Translations under genes and position numbers: made by a program
Notes under the pieces: model-generated
What the model was told of the DNA's origin: nothing
The model's input: the letters and a program-made list of their open reading frames with translations, nothing else
Databases searched by the model: none
Assembly (NCBI GenBank): GCA_905178155.1
Contig: CAJINV010000003.1
Coordinates: 8,411,444-8,475,443 of the forward strand
From: Amoebophrya sp. A120
Lineage: Eukaryota > Protista > Dinoflagellata
Direction: 5' to 3'
Length of the DNA: 64,000 nucleotides
Shown here: positions 37,521-49,043 of the stretch, piece after piece
Layout: every line of letters starts with the position of its first letter
Numbering within the stretch: the stretch's first letter is position 1

Positions 37521-39580
37521 CTTGTTCTTCACATAAACATAAGGCGCGAACTGCTTCTACCCTTTCACACGAGCCTGACTTTGATTTGTTTAGTGATTCC
37601 CTGTCGCTGCACAGTGAATGCCGAAACAGGAATTGTAATCATGTAAAATTCTTCTCTGCGATAGACTTCCCGGCTCTCCGCGCGCCCCTCTCGACACGTC
37701 TTCCACCACGCTGGTGTTGTAGGAGAGCTCAACAATGACGCCGTTCCTGCTGGGAACTTCGGCGCGGGGCCGCAAACAGGCGACCCAACAGTACGCCGGT
37801 GAAAAGTGCGAGAAAGTCTTGTTCGCGGTGTGCACATAAAATTGTAATTCTCAGTAGAGCTGCTCATCCTGGTAGTAGTATGCATGAACGAGCATTCTTT
37901 TCTTCGCCACATCCTAGAAGTGCTCGCAAAAAATGATACTTTTTGTACGTATCTATTCTTTCTCCCTACCAGATTCACACTACCACCACCTCGAGCGCGG
38001 CGAGGGAGAAAACCACAGCGGCCAGGCAACTGACGGCGGCTCGCTTGTCGTGCGCAATTTCCTCGAAACTTACCGGAGACCAGTGGTTCGTGTAGGGCAA
38101 ACACCCCATGCCCGCTCCCACCAGCAACCGCAAAAGCCCACGCGTCTTATTCGAAGAAAGAACGCGTGTTACCCACCGCAAACTCGATCTGAAGCGCCGC
38201 GAGGTTCTTGTCGCTAGTACAGCCGTGGGTCGTCCAGCTTCGGTAGGTGTTCGGGTCCTGCTTTGTGGCTCCAATGCATCGCGGTCGCGTGCAGCTATCA
38301 GTTGCGGTTTTGGCTCCTGCTTCCCTAAAAGGGTTTCGGTTAAGTGCTTCGCCTAAATTAGTCGCCTAAATGCTTCGCTTAAGCTTAACTGCTTCGCAGC
38401 TCAACCCAGCCAAAATCTAAGCGTTTGGGGCCTCGCAGCTCCACGTCTCGACGCAGCATTTTGCTTGCCTACGAATCATAGTAGCCGTTGAGGTCCGAGA
38501 CCACGGAGCCAGCTTTCAAATCTCTGGAATCCCGTATTAGCGTGCGCAACTCCCCTCCCCCTCAATTGTCGCGCAAAAGGAAACACGCCTCCGCATACTG
38601 CCTTTGAGCACTATTTTCATTCTGCATGACAACTTTCAGCAACCTAATACTTCGCACTGCAGTCGCCCCCATGCGTGGATTTATTGTCACGCAGGCGCTA
38701 CATTTTGCAAGTCGTGGGCTGTGATGCTGCTCATGCCCACCTTCAAATGAGAGAATAAATTGGGGATTGTGCACTCTCATATCCAGCCTCCCGGCCCGCC
38801 TTCCGCCGGGTTTACCAGCCGAGAAAAAAGCCATCTTGTTCGTCACATAGACATAAGGTCCGAACTGCGTCTACCCTTTCACACGAGCCTGCCTTTGATT
38901 TGTTTGATGTTTCCCTGTTGCTGCACAGAACAATGAATGCCGAAACAGGAGCTGTGATGTAAAATTCTTCTCTGCGATAGACATGCCGGCTCTCCGCGCG
39001 CCCCTCTCGACACGTCCTCCTCTACGCTGGTGTTGTAGTAGCACATCATGTAGAGAGCTCAACAATGACGCCGCTCCTGCTGGGAACGTCGGCGCGGGGC
39101 CGCAAACAGGCGACCCAGTAGTACGCCGGTGAAAAGTGCGAGAAAGTCTTGTTCGCGGTGTACGCATAAAATTGCAATTCTCAGTAGAGCTGCTCATCCT
39201 GGTAGTAGTATGCATGAACGAACATTCTTTTCTTCGCTACAACATTCTTTTCTTCGATGCAAATGATACTGTTTCTACGTATTCACTCTCCCTACAAGAT
39301 TCACACTACCGCCACCTCGACTGCGGCCAGCGAGAAAACCACAACGGCCAGGCAACTGGCGGCGGCTCGCTTGTCGTGCGAAATTTCCTCGAAACTTACC
39401 GGAGACCAATGGTTCGTGTAGGGCAAACACCCCATGCCCGCTCCCACCAGCAACCGCACAAGCCCGCGCGTCTTATTCGAAGAAAAAACGCGTTTTACCC
39501 ACCGCAAACTCGATCTGAAGCGCCGTGGGGTTCTCGTCGCTAGTACAACCGTGGGTCGTCGTGCACCAGCTTCGGTAGGC
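37060..39580. repeat. Tandem ~1.3-kb segmental duplication (LtrA-like 3' end + BNR gene 5' end)
   Basis: ~37060-38255 matches ~38370-39580, offset 1313 bp at the left end. Confidence 0.9.
37222..37467. mobile_element. Introner family C (second copy at 38535-38781 in the duplication)
   Basis: TSD TCCCG/TCCAG. Confidence 0.85.
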
Positions 39581-42500
39581 GTTCTGGTCCTGCGTGACAA
39601 ACTGGCCTCCTGGCCAAGAAGGTGCGTGGCCATCCACCTTCGCAGCGGGGCATCCTTTCTATTCCCTGCATGACAAACTCGCCTCCTGGCCAAGAAGGTA
39701 TGCGGAAAGCCGAATCTCCGCCGACCCTTCCGGGTCACCAAAATCGGGCATTTCAGACGCGGCGGAGGTGCAGGATTTGTGCCCACAAACCAGGGCAAAT
39801 TGGGATTTTGTGACATCCCTCCGCCCGCTTCTAGTGCGTTTTTTTTTTCACAATCCCGACGGTATGGCGCGACCACGCGCCCGCCGGACCGCCCTTGGCG
39901 GCCAGTTTGTAAGCCTGCCGAGGGTTCTCGACTTTCGCCCATTTCCCCTTTTTTTTCAAGTTTCTAGGTGGCCGAAGGGCTCTGGACATTTTCACCGCCC
40001 GCAGCTGACTGGCAATTTTGGAGCCTGGAGAGGGACTGCGGTTTTGCGCAATTTTTCACTTTTTTCTGGTTTTCAAGTGGCCCGGGCGATCTGCACATTT
40101 TCACCGCCCCCACCTGGGTGGCAGTTTTGAAGCCTGGGGAGGGACTGCGGTTTTGCGCAATTTTTCAATTTTTTCTGGTTTCCAAGTGGCCCGGGCGACC
40201 TGGACATTTTTACCGCCCGCATCTGACTGGCAGTTTTGAAGCCTGCGGAAGGATTGCGCTTTTGCGCAATTTCTCATCTTTTTTCATTTTCCAAGTGGCC
40301 CGGGTGATCTGCACAAAATCCGACGATTGCTTCCCCCCACGTTATAAAGCAACTTTTCGCCATTTTTTTCCAACTTTTTCCAGTTACGAAGCGGCCCAAG
40401 GCTTCCGAACAGGTCGCGGGCCTGCTGCTCCAACGCAGCTGGCCAGCGGGCGGAGCAAAAAATAGTCCGCCTCTTTTTCAGATACTAAGTGGGCCAGACC
40501 GCAAAAATGCTCTTTTTCCACCTTCTCCCGCTTGGTTTCTGCCGTTTTTGCGTCATTTTTGACCTCCCGGCCATTTTCCCATCTGGTCCGCTTTTTTTCC
40601 CTTCTCCCGCTTCATTTCTGGCCATTTCCCTGACCTTCACGCCTCCCGGCTTGGTTCTCGTCGCTAGTACAACCGTGGGTCGTCGTGCACCAGCTTCGGT
40701 TTTGATTTTGTACGTGACAAGAAAATTTGATGTATTGCATAGAAGGATGTGCCTGCTCACGTTCTTTTTCGAGGTAACCACAGGGAAAGCAAGCGCAAGT
40801 CTGGAGTTTTTTGGCACAGCGGGGTGGTAGACGAGAGATGTTGTGGTCGCTTGCTGGACGTCTTTTTGTTCCTTAGCCACGTTAGCGCTGTTTCCTCCAC
40901 CGAGCAGATTATCCACTTCCTTCTCGATTTCCTCCTGTTCACTGCTTTCCGGTGGCGTGAAGAAGGGCTGGTCCGGAGAAGGGGTGGCTGCATTATTTGC
41001 AGTGGCACCTCCTGCAGGTGGCGCACCGCCCTGTCCGCGTACTAGCAAAAAACGCATTCCCTTTGCTGCTCATGCAATACAGATTTTTTTGGAATCCAAA
41101 TACAGCATCACAAGTAGCATTCTTCTTCCAGACCCAGACATTTTTGCATTTGATACGTCCGCGAGCGTTTCCGTGATGTTCAGCCCAATTTGGTCCTGGC
41201 AGCTCAATTCGCTTTTGACAATTTCGATCCTGGCAGCTCCATACATAATGAGCTGCTCGTAGTCCGACTTGGGTTCTTCGTTCATCAGGGGGTATGGTGG
41301 AAAAAATAGTTGTTGTCCCTGCTACCCGAACAGCACGACGGAGTTGTCATCATGGACTCCGCGATATGAGCATAGAAATAGATCTAGATGAAATAGAAAC
41401 TGCCCACAAATGTTATGCACTTACTTGATTCAGTTTCACTTTCAGAGAAGTCAGTCCCATTTCAGCGTCAGCCTGGTGGGTGCGGCAGGTGCGTGCGTGT
41501 GTTTGGCGCGACGGGTGCGCGCTTCATTGCGTAGTGTGTTCCTAACTATTTCAATGGATAAACATCACCGAACTGGGTGCGCTGGTTCTGAGGTGCGTGG
41601 GTGCGTGATTCAGGTGCGTGATTCTTGGGCTGGGTGCGTGATTCGGAAACGTACCCGAGTACAACCGTGGGTCGTCGTGCACCAGCTTCGGTAGGTGTTC
41701 GGGTCCTGCTTTGTGGCTCCAATGCATCGCGGTCGCGTGCAGCTATCAGTTGCGGTTTTGGCTCCTGCTTCCCTAAAAGGGTTATAAACCCGGAACCGGT
41801 CAGGAAAAGGGCGGTGGAGAGGAAGAGAAGCGTCACCGACTGCAATATGCATCCGACAAAAATGATGTCTGGGTCGTGTGGAAGATGATTGCGAAAGTGG
41901 TCACGCGTGTCTGGCATGACTCTGAGCTTTGCGACGCATCGGGAAGATGAAAAGATCTATTCTCCTGTGGGTAGCGTCGTTCTGGGATGAACAGACGCAG
42001 TTTTTCACATGGAATTATCCGCAGCACATAGCAGGTCCAGATCTTGTCATGCTTCTTCTCGGCTGCATATTGTAATGCACACGCCCACAAAACTAGCTGA
42101 CCGACTTTTGCATCGCAACTTTCCAGAACCTGACAAATTTGCTTTTCCTATGCAAGTTTTTCATCTCATCGTCGCCGCAATTGCGGTCCTCCGCAGGCGG
42201 ACCTTCTTTTCGTCCCCAACTGCCTTTTCCTTCGCCACCTTCCAACAACCGCGCGAAGGCCGCCCCCATCGCGGCCAATCCACAGGTTATGACGACCGTC
42301 AAGAAAGCCTCCACGCCGAACAGGAGGAACCTCCGTTCGCCCGGGGGCACCCAGTGTTCGGGGCTCGTAGCGAAGTGCAGCAGGAAACACGCATATCCGG
42401 AGGAAAAACGGGGGAGACACGTCCCAGACTCAAAGTGGGGATATTCTTGTATGTCGTGCACAAACCACATAATTATTTTATTGTGTGACTTGCGCATGAC

Positions 42501-44279
42501 AGCATTGGGCTCGTAGTGTCCTCGTCGTCTTTAGCTAGTGCAGCTGCATGAGAAATCGAGCAGCTTATCCTGCTTCTAGCATGAAAAATAATGCCACAAT
42601 ACCACTAGAGTACTTTGCCTCTCGAAGTGGCTGCGCATGTGCAACATTTCAACCATGCGGATTTGCATGACAAGTATGGGATGGGGACGCTTTTCCCCAG
42701 GATAACGCAATTGCCATCACGATGGCGGAGAACGAGATCGTGTTGAAAGTGGAAAAAGACGACAGTAGCCAGAACGAATCCTCGCCGCGGTGCGGATGTC
42801 CGTTTTTCTGCAGTGGTAGAATTGGTTGGTCGTCTTCAGCTTCTTCCCCTACTCCCACGTTGGAATGAGCTTGACTGTTGCAGGCGGAGGCGATGACCTC
42901 GCCCAGGCAGATCAACACCACGAGCTGAAAGCGCTCCTGCCAAATTTTCAGCGTCGCCCGGAACTGGTTCAGGCAGATGTCCAAGCTCGGATACACGTTT
43001 TCCAGCGCAAAGTTCGCGAACAGCACCCACAGCACTTTCGCCACCGTTTGCATGCTCCAAATCGCGAGACCCAGGTGAGCGCGGGGGTTGCGTTCGAGAG
43101 ACGAGAACGGGGACCCTCCATTTTCGTCGTCCTGCGCGGCTCGTCGTCCCGGCGTGAAGACACGCTTTGTAAAAGGCGAAAGTTGTTCATGCGTCAATTT
43201 CGAAAAACTTCGCTTCTCTCCCGCCCCGAAGAAGGAGCCACCAGTTGCTCCCGCGACAATTTCATCAAGCTGCGACGCGACGCTGTCTAGCAACAATGCA
43301 ACCGGGAGCAGAAGCGCGGCGTCGAGCGCGGCGAGCACCGCGTACGCGAAAGTCGACTTTTTTAGCGTGTCCTCGGTGAGCGCGGCAATGCTACCGCCGT
43401 CCTGAAAGAAGGATAAACTTACCAAAAAGCGTCTCGCTTCTGGCGACGTTGTTATTTTGCTATCGGAAAACAAATTTTCAGCAAAAAAAATAGCAAACCC
43501 GACATCGCACAGCGACATTTTGCAAGTCACAACTTGTAATTAGATACCCCTTCCACCGCGATAAACTGCCGTTTGCAGGTGACAAAGCCGTAGGCCGAGA
43601 TGGTGATGACCTGCCCAACGAGGTACCACCCCACGAAGGCCACCAGGTTTTCCGCGCTCGCCCGGGCCATCAGCGCCGAGCAGACCATCGCGAGCAGGAT
43701 CACGCCTTCGGCCGCCCAGTCGAAACTGGGTTTGCTTGACGAACAAACCTCGGTGCTCGTTGGCGAAGTGCTTGTTTCAGAGATACCAGTGGCGCCACCG
43801 TCAAGGACCACTCCTTCGGCCGCGGCCGTCGCGGGGTCCGTTCGTTTCCCGCGCCGTCGGTACGACCGCACCAGGATGGCGTAGTCGGAAACCAGGCTCC
43901 ACAAAAACCACATCGTGGTGGTCTGGAGAATGACGTGCAACCAGGGCAGGCCGACGACGGCCCCTTCCGCTTTCTCCAGGGGTTTGGTCACGATGTGGAT
44001 CATCACCACGTAAACCAGATCAAAAAACAGCTCGCAGTTCGACACGGTCCAGTGCGCTGCACCATGGGCCGGGAGCGTACTCACCGGGTCCGCGGGGGGA
44101 AGAAGCGGGCTCGCGCCACCGACGTCCTGTTCGTGCACAAGCTGCACAAGATCCCGCGCGGAGTCGATCGGCCGCGAGAATTGCGGCGGGGACCGGTGGT
44201 CCGCTCTTCCGCGGTCAGGTGGCGCCGTCTCGTCGGATTCGCCGCGCGCCCGGTGTAGGCGGCGCTCGTGCGCGGACAT
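37975..44279 (-). CDS. LtrA (low-temperature requirement A) family multi-pass membrane protein; last exon split by a ~3.3-kb insertion/rearrangement
   Basis: ELFFDLVYV and ERFQLVVLICLGEVI motifs. GT-AG intron 43547-43402, introners 42394-42704 and 41846-42150. The C-terminal TM segment is found at 38335-37975 and again at 39580-39301. Confidence 0.75.
39940..40320. repeat. 109-bp tandem repeat, ~3.5 copies
   Basis: AGTGGCCCGGG at 40076, 40185 and 40294. Confidence 0.85.
40700..41285 (-). pseudogene. Captured gene fragments: first exon + half family-A introner (ends 41155) + MSP/VAP-like domain fragment
   Basis: LAFPVVTSKKNVSRHILLCNTSNFLVTYKIKT resembles the N-terminal half of an MSP domain; it is truncated by a copy of LtrA exon sequence. 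Confidence 0.45.
41846..42150. mobile_element. Introner family A (diverged)
   Basis: TSD TGCAA/TGCAA. Confidence 0.8.
42394..42704. mobile_element. Introner family F (AAAAACGTCCCCACCCC)
   Basis: TSD ACGCA/ACGCA. Confidence 0.85.
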
Positions 44280-45094
44280 GCTTAAAACAGGGGGGTGGCT
44301 GCTTAGTCAGCGGGGTGGCGCATGGCGAGCGCCAAAGCCACGCTGCGCAGCAATGAGGCGGGCTTGCCGCTGGCACCTCCGGGGCGTTCGAGCTTCGCGC
44401 GAGCGGGATGGCGCGGAACACACGGCAACACACCGCACAAGCAGGGCGACAAAGGCTCGCGCCGTCTAGGGGCGGGGGGAGCGCAAAAACGTCACACGCA
44501 AAGCCGGGAATCCAGGGCGGCGCCTCGCGGCGGCCATCGGCGCACGCCAACCCGGATCGGGGTTTGGAATGCGCGCGGCCGGGCCGCCCGCAAGTATCAC
44601 CGAACTCCGGGGCGTGGTCAAACAGGCCCGCGGGGGCCACCGCTTTGCATTTTTCTATAATGTGCGAAGGGCCGCGGCGGCGGAGTTGAGCGACTCCGGC
44701 AAAGGGGAAAGGGTCGCAAGACCCTAGGCAGGGCGCGTTGTGTCATTGCTTTCTGCAGATTGCAGAGCCTTGCCGAGGCCCCCCTATGGTATTGTGGGGA
44801 ATGCGCCCGGCGCTCCTGTTATAGGGTGGCGAAAACCGCCCGTACTAGGGCGGCTCGGACGGGCGGCGGCAAAAGCGTGCGCATTTATGGCGCTTCAAAC
44901 CAGCAGGGCCTTTCCGGGGCTCGTATCGGCCGCCCGCCGCGATTCCGCAAACGCAGAGCCCCGCGCAGTTCAGGAATGGCCGGCGCGATCACGATTCTTT
45001 TACGTGCTATAACGTGGCAACTTTCGGCAACAAACGAGGCAGGGCATACGATTATGGGGCATTTAGAGGCCAGCCCGCACCCTATATCTGGCTG

Positions 45095-47030
45095 ACGCGG
45101 GATGTTTTGTAATTTTGGCGTTGCCAACGCACCAGATTCTGGCGAAAATAGTAAAATCCTGCACAATGGCTGACCAAAATCGCAAAATTGCGCGCGTTCA
45201 CCCCTCAAAATCACAAAATCTTGCGTGTTGGCTCGTCACCGTCGCAAAATCTTACGTGTCAACGGGTGAACGCGCAAGATTTTGCGATTTTGGCCGGCCA
45301 CCGCGCGAGATTTTGCAAATTTGGCCGACCACCGCGCGGGATGTTGCGATTTTGGTTCGCCACAACGCGAGATTTTGCAATTTTGGCCGGCCACCGCGCG
45401 GGATTTCCCGATTTTGGCCGGCCAGTGCCCATGATTCTGCGACTTTGGCCGGCCAATGCGCCAGATTTTACAACTCTTTTCCCTCTTCCGTCTTCTTACT
45501 TTTCCTTTACCGTGAGCCTGCAGCTGCTCGTGGCTAAACAAACCCCGTGGTAACTCCTTCGACTCTGCTAACAACTTCATCGGGATTTTGCCGCCTTCTG
45601 CCGCGCACTTTTTCAGCGCTACTTCCGCCGTTTTCGCCCCGAACGCTTTTTTCATGTTTTCAAACGAAGACAGATTTTCATCTGCCTGCTGCTTCAGCTC
45701 ACCTTGGAGCTCGGACCAAAAGTCCTGCTCCTCCTCGTCACTCAGCATAGGCGTGGGAGGGTGGGAAGAAAAAAGCAACGCGAGGTCGCGATTTCCGAGT
45801 CCCAGCTACCCGCTTTTTTCTTTTTCTACGAGCGCATTTGGCGCAACAGCATATTTTGACATGATGACGGCGTAGGCGTGCGTCGCGGCAAAAGAACCGC
45901 TGGACTCGTCCCTCGCCAGTCATTCTTTTCCCTCTTCCGTCTTCTTACTTTTCCTTTACCGTGGTGAACACAAGACCGTCTGGCCCCAAACGCGATCGCC
46001 GAGCGCCAACGCGGAAGCTGCTCTTCACCGACGAGCACAGCAGACGCAGGTATCGACCTGGCGATACCGAGGGCAGGTGGGGCCCCTTTTTCCAACGACG
46101 CTCTCCGAGGAGAGGGTGCCGACTTGAGGCACGAGACCACCACCCACCGACGCTCGACGACGAGACGCAAATCTCGACCCGCGATGCCAACTCCTACTGC
46201 ACTGACTCCGCCGACTTCTACTGCAGACCACTGGCCACCGGCGTCTGTAGGCGACTGAGCCTAGACAGATCAAACGCGGCGAAGCACTGCTGCTCAGGCG
46301 GGCCTGAAACAGCAGCGCTCCGGAACACCGCGGTCTACCACGCAAGCATGGAGACCGCGGCGCCCGCTCAAACAAGAGAACACGGAGCGCACTACCGGCG
46401 GGGTAGCGAGTGCCTGGACACAAGCCGACCGACCCACCGAGCAGCAGCGCCGACGCCTAAACGGTGGCGAAACTGGAGGGCACCTTGGCCTCCTTCAGAA
46501 CGTCTACTTCCTACGGCCAACGAGCGCGCCAGCGCTTCAACCTCAGACCTGGAACTCACACCTGCACACGTCCAACGAGGGCCACTTGGCCTCAAGCCCG
46601 CTCCTCCCTTTCCACCTGCATACTGCACACTGAGCAACACAGGGGAGGAACGACATCTGCTGTGGGCACGGACGATGAGACCGCGAGGACAAGAAAAAAG
46701 CAACGCGAGGTCGCGATTTCCGAGTCCCAGCTGCCCGCTTTTTTCTTTTTCTACGAGCGCATTTGGCGCAACAGCATACTGCGACATGATGACGGCGTAG
46801 GCGTGCGTCGCGGCAAAAGAACCGCTGGACTCGTCCCTCGCCAGTCATTTTGGCCCAACGTGCCAGATTTTGCAACTTCGGCCGGTCGACGCGTAATATT
46901 TTGCAATTTTGGCCGGCCACCGGGCAAGATTTTGCAATTTTGGCCAGCCAAGGTGCGAAATTTTGCGATTTTCGCCGGGCAGTGCGCTAGATTCGCTGGC
47001 CAGCGTGTGAGATTTTGCGATTTTGGCCAG
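45095..47030. repeat. Two blocks of a ~32-bp tandem repeat (GATTTTGCAATTTTGGCCGGCCACCGCGCGA; 45095-45472, 46848-47030) enclosing a patchwork with internal duplications
   Basis: ~45767-45923 matches ~46692-46848; 45477-45513 matches 45926-45962. Confidence 0.8.
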
Positions 47031-49043
47031 TATTAAATCCTAGGTAGGATCTCAGCAATATCGCAGAACACGCTCCGACGATAGGAGCCAGACAGGTAGG
47101 ACCCTGGTCGATTCGCTCGACCAAACTCATAGCACGAACCTACCAAAGAAAAGCGCTCCAGAATTGTCCCGCTTCAACACATTGAGCGAATTCCTTTGAT
47201 TCCTCCGATCGACTACCATCGACCCTCTGACTTTTCTCAAGTAGTTCCTCTCTTCCTCTCTCCTCCTGGTGCCCTCTGTTTCTACTTTCTAACGCTAGCA
47301 CGCTACAGAGCCCGCAAGAACGATGCGTCAGAAGAATTCACCACAGATTGTGGCGCATGCTTCTGACCACCATTGTTAATTGTGGCGCATGCTGTTTGTT
47401 TCAGTGATGCGCACCGGTATCGCTACCAGTGTAGCGATTCCGGTTTTTGCATCGTTTTTTTTTGTTTATTTTTTCCAGTTTGCGGCTCGCGTGCCATCCG
47501 AATTTTTAAAAAAAAGGAAATCGCCGGCCGTCCGGAATGCGGGAAGCTGTGGTTTTTGAAGCAGGGCCACAGGATGATCCAGCATTACGTCAAGCTACAT
47601 CTTCTGCCGCGTTTTATGCAATTTCGCAAGACACACACCACAGCACACCTCGTGCTGCTGCTCGACCTATCCCGATGATCTATTCCTTTACCGTACGCGA
47701 TGACGTGACGTAGTCCCTAGGTTGCAGCCAATAGCCTGCTGGGCTGCCGGTAGGTCGCAGAATCTGTTCACAACCTGCCTCCTGCGCGCTTGTTTTTTGA
47801 CTGCCGCCACCCTGCCGCCAGGCATGCCGCCAGGGGGGTTGGCGGCAGTTTACCAGGATGGTATGGCGATGTTCGCCAGGTGCCGCCGAGCAAATTTGTA
47901 AAAAGAAGAATATTAGATAATCAAGTTTTTTTTATATTTTCTGTGTTCGGTGACGGCGGCCATCGCCATACCATCCTGGTAAAGTGCCGCCAACCCCCTT
48001 GGCGGCATGACTGGCGGCATGAGGGGGGCCCGCAGTTATTTTTATAAGCTGCGGGGGGCGGGGGTCCCCGGGGGTCTGCGGGGGTCTGCGGGGCTCGATT
48101 CATTCTAAAGGAGAAAAAAACAAAAGATGTATTATGTTTGTCAATCACGGTGGGACTCTAGCGTTTTGCAAGCGCCATGGAACTGCCCATAGTGCCACCG
48201 CCGTGCTCTTTGTGCGGCGCCCTTGTGGCGTATTTGTAACTGCTCGGTGCAGTTTTTGGGATGGCGGATGCCACCGCCAGGTGGCATCTAGGGGGCCAAA
48301 AATTCCTGCATGCGTGTCCTCCACGCGGGCGGCCCCTGGGTGCGTCGTTGTGGTTGTTAATTGTGACAATCGCAGCCCGCAGCTAACGGCTCAGAGCTTC
48401 TCCGGACGGCTGAGCCGATGCATGCAGGTGCCAGAAAAGTGAAGCAAAGTCTTGCTGTTTCTGGGCGGGCGGGGAGAAGAAATGTTTAAAGTTGGGAACA
48501 CTGAAGAAGGACATGTGGTGTGAGTTACTTTCGGTATAGACAAACCCCCGTAAGATTATTTCAATTACATTGAAGCTGCAACTGTGCTTTGCGCATGGCA
48601 AGTCGGTGAGTTGTTTTTTCGTTTGGGCGTATGAGCAGGCACCTTATTTAGTTTCGACTTCATGCACTACGTATGCATGAGTATGAGATGAGCAGAAGTT
48701 TGCGAATTTTTTATTTTACGCACGGCAAATCATGACTTTTTTATTGTACTCAGGGTCTGAGTCGGTTGCTCCTGTTTCTTTTGGTTGGTAGCTTTACAAT
48801 CGCGAAGTCCATGTTTTTTTTCCTTTTTTTTGTGAATTCGGTGTCGTTTTCTCGTGGTGTGTATCTCTATCTTGCTTGGAATCTCTACTGCTACTGTTGC
48901 TATTCCTTGTCCTTATATACATTCAGTTCTCAGCCCGCCCGGCTACAGTGCTCTACTCAAGCTTCCATTTAGGATTTTGCTTTCTACTCCGACTTTAGGA
49001 CTTTCCTTTCTACTCAGACTTTACCACTACTTCGCTGGCAATC

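Noticed and set aside
38195-38250. Helitron 3' end (hairpin + CTAG)
   Set aside because: The recurring segment is better explained as duplicated LtrA-like exon sequence.
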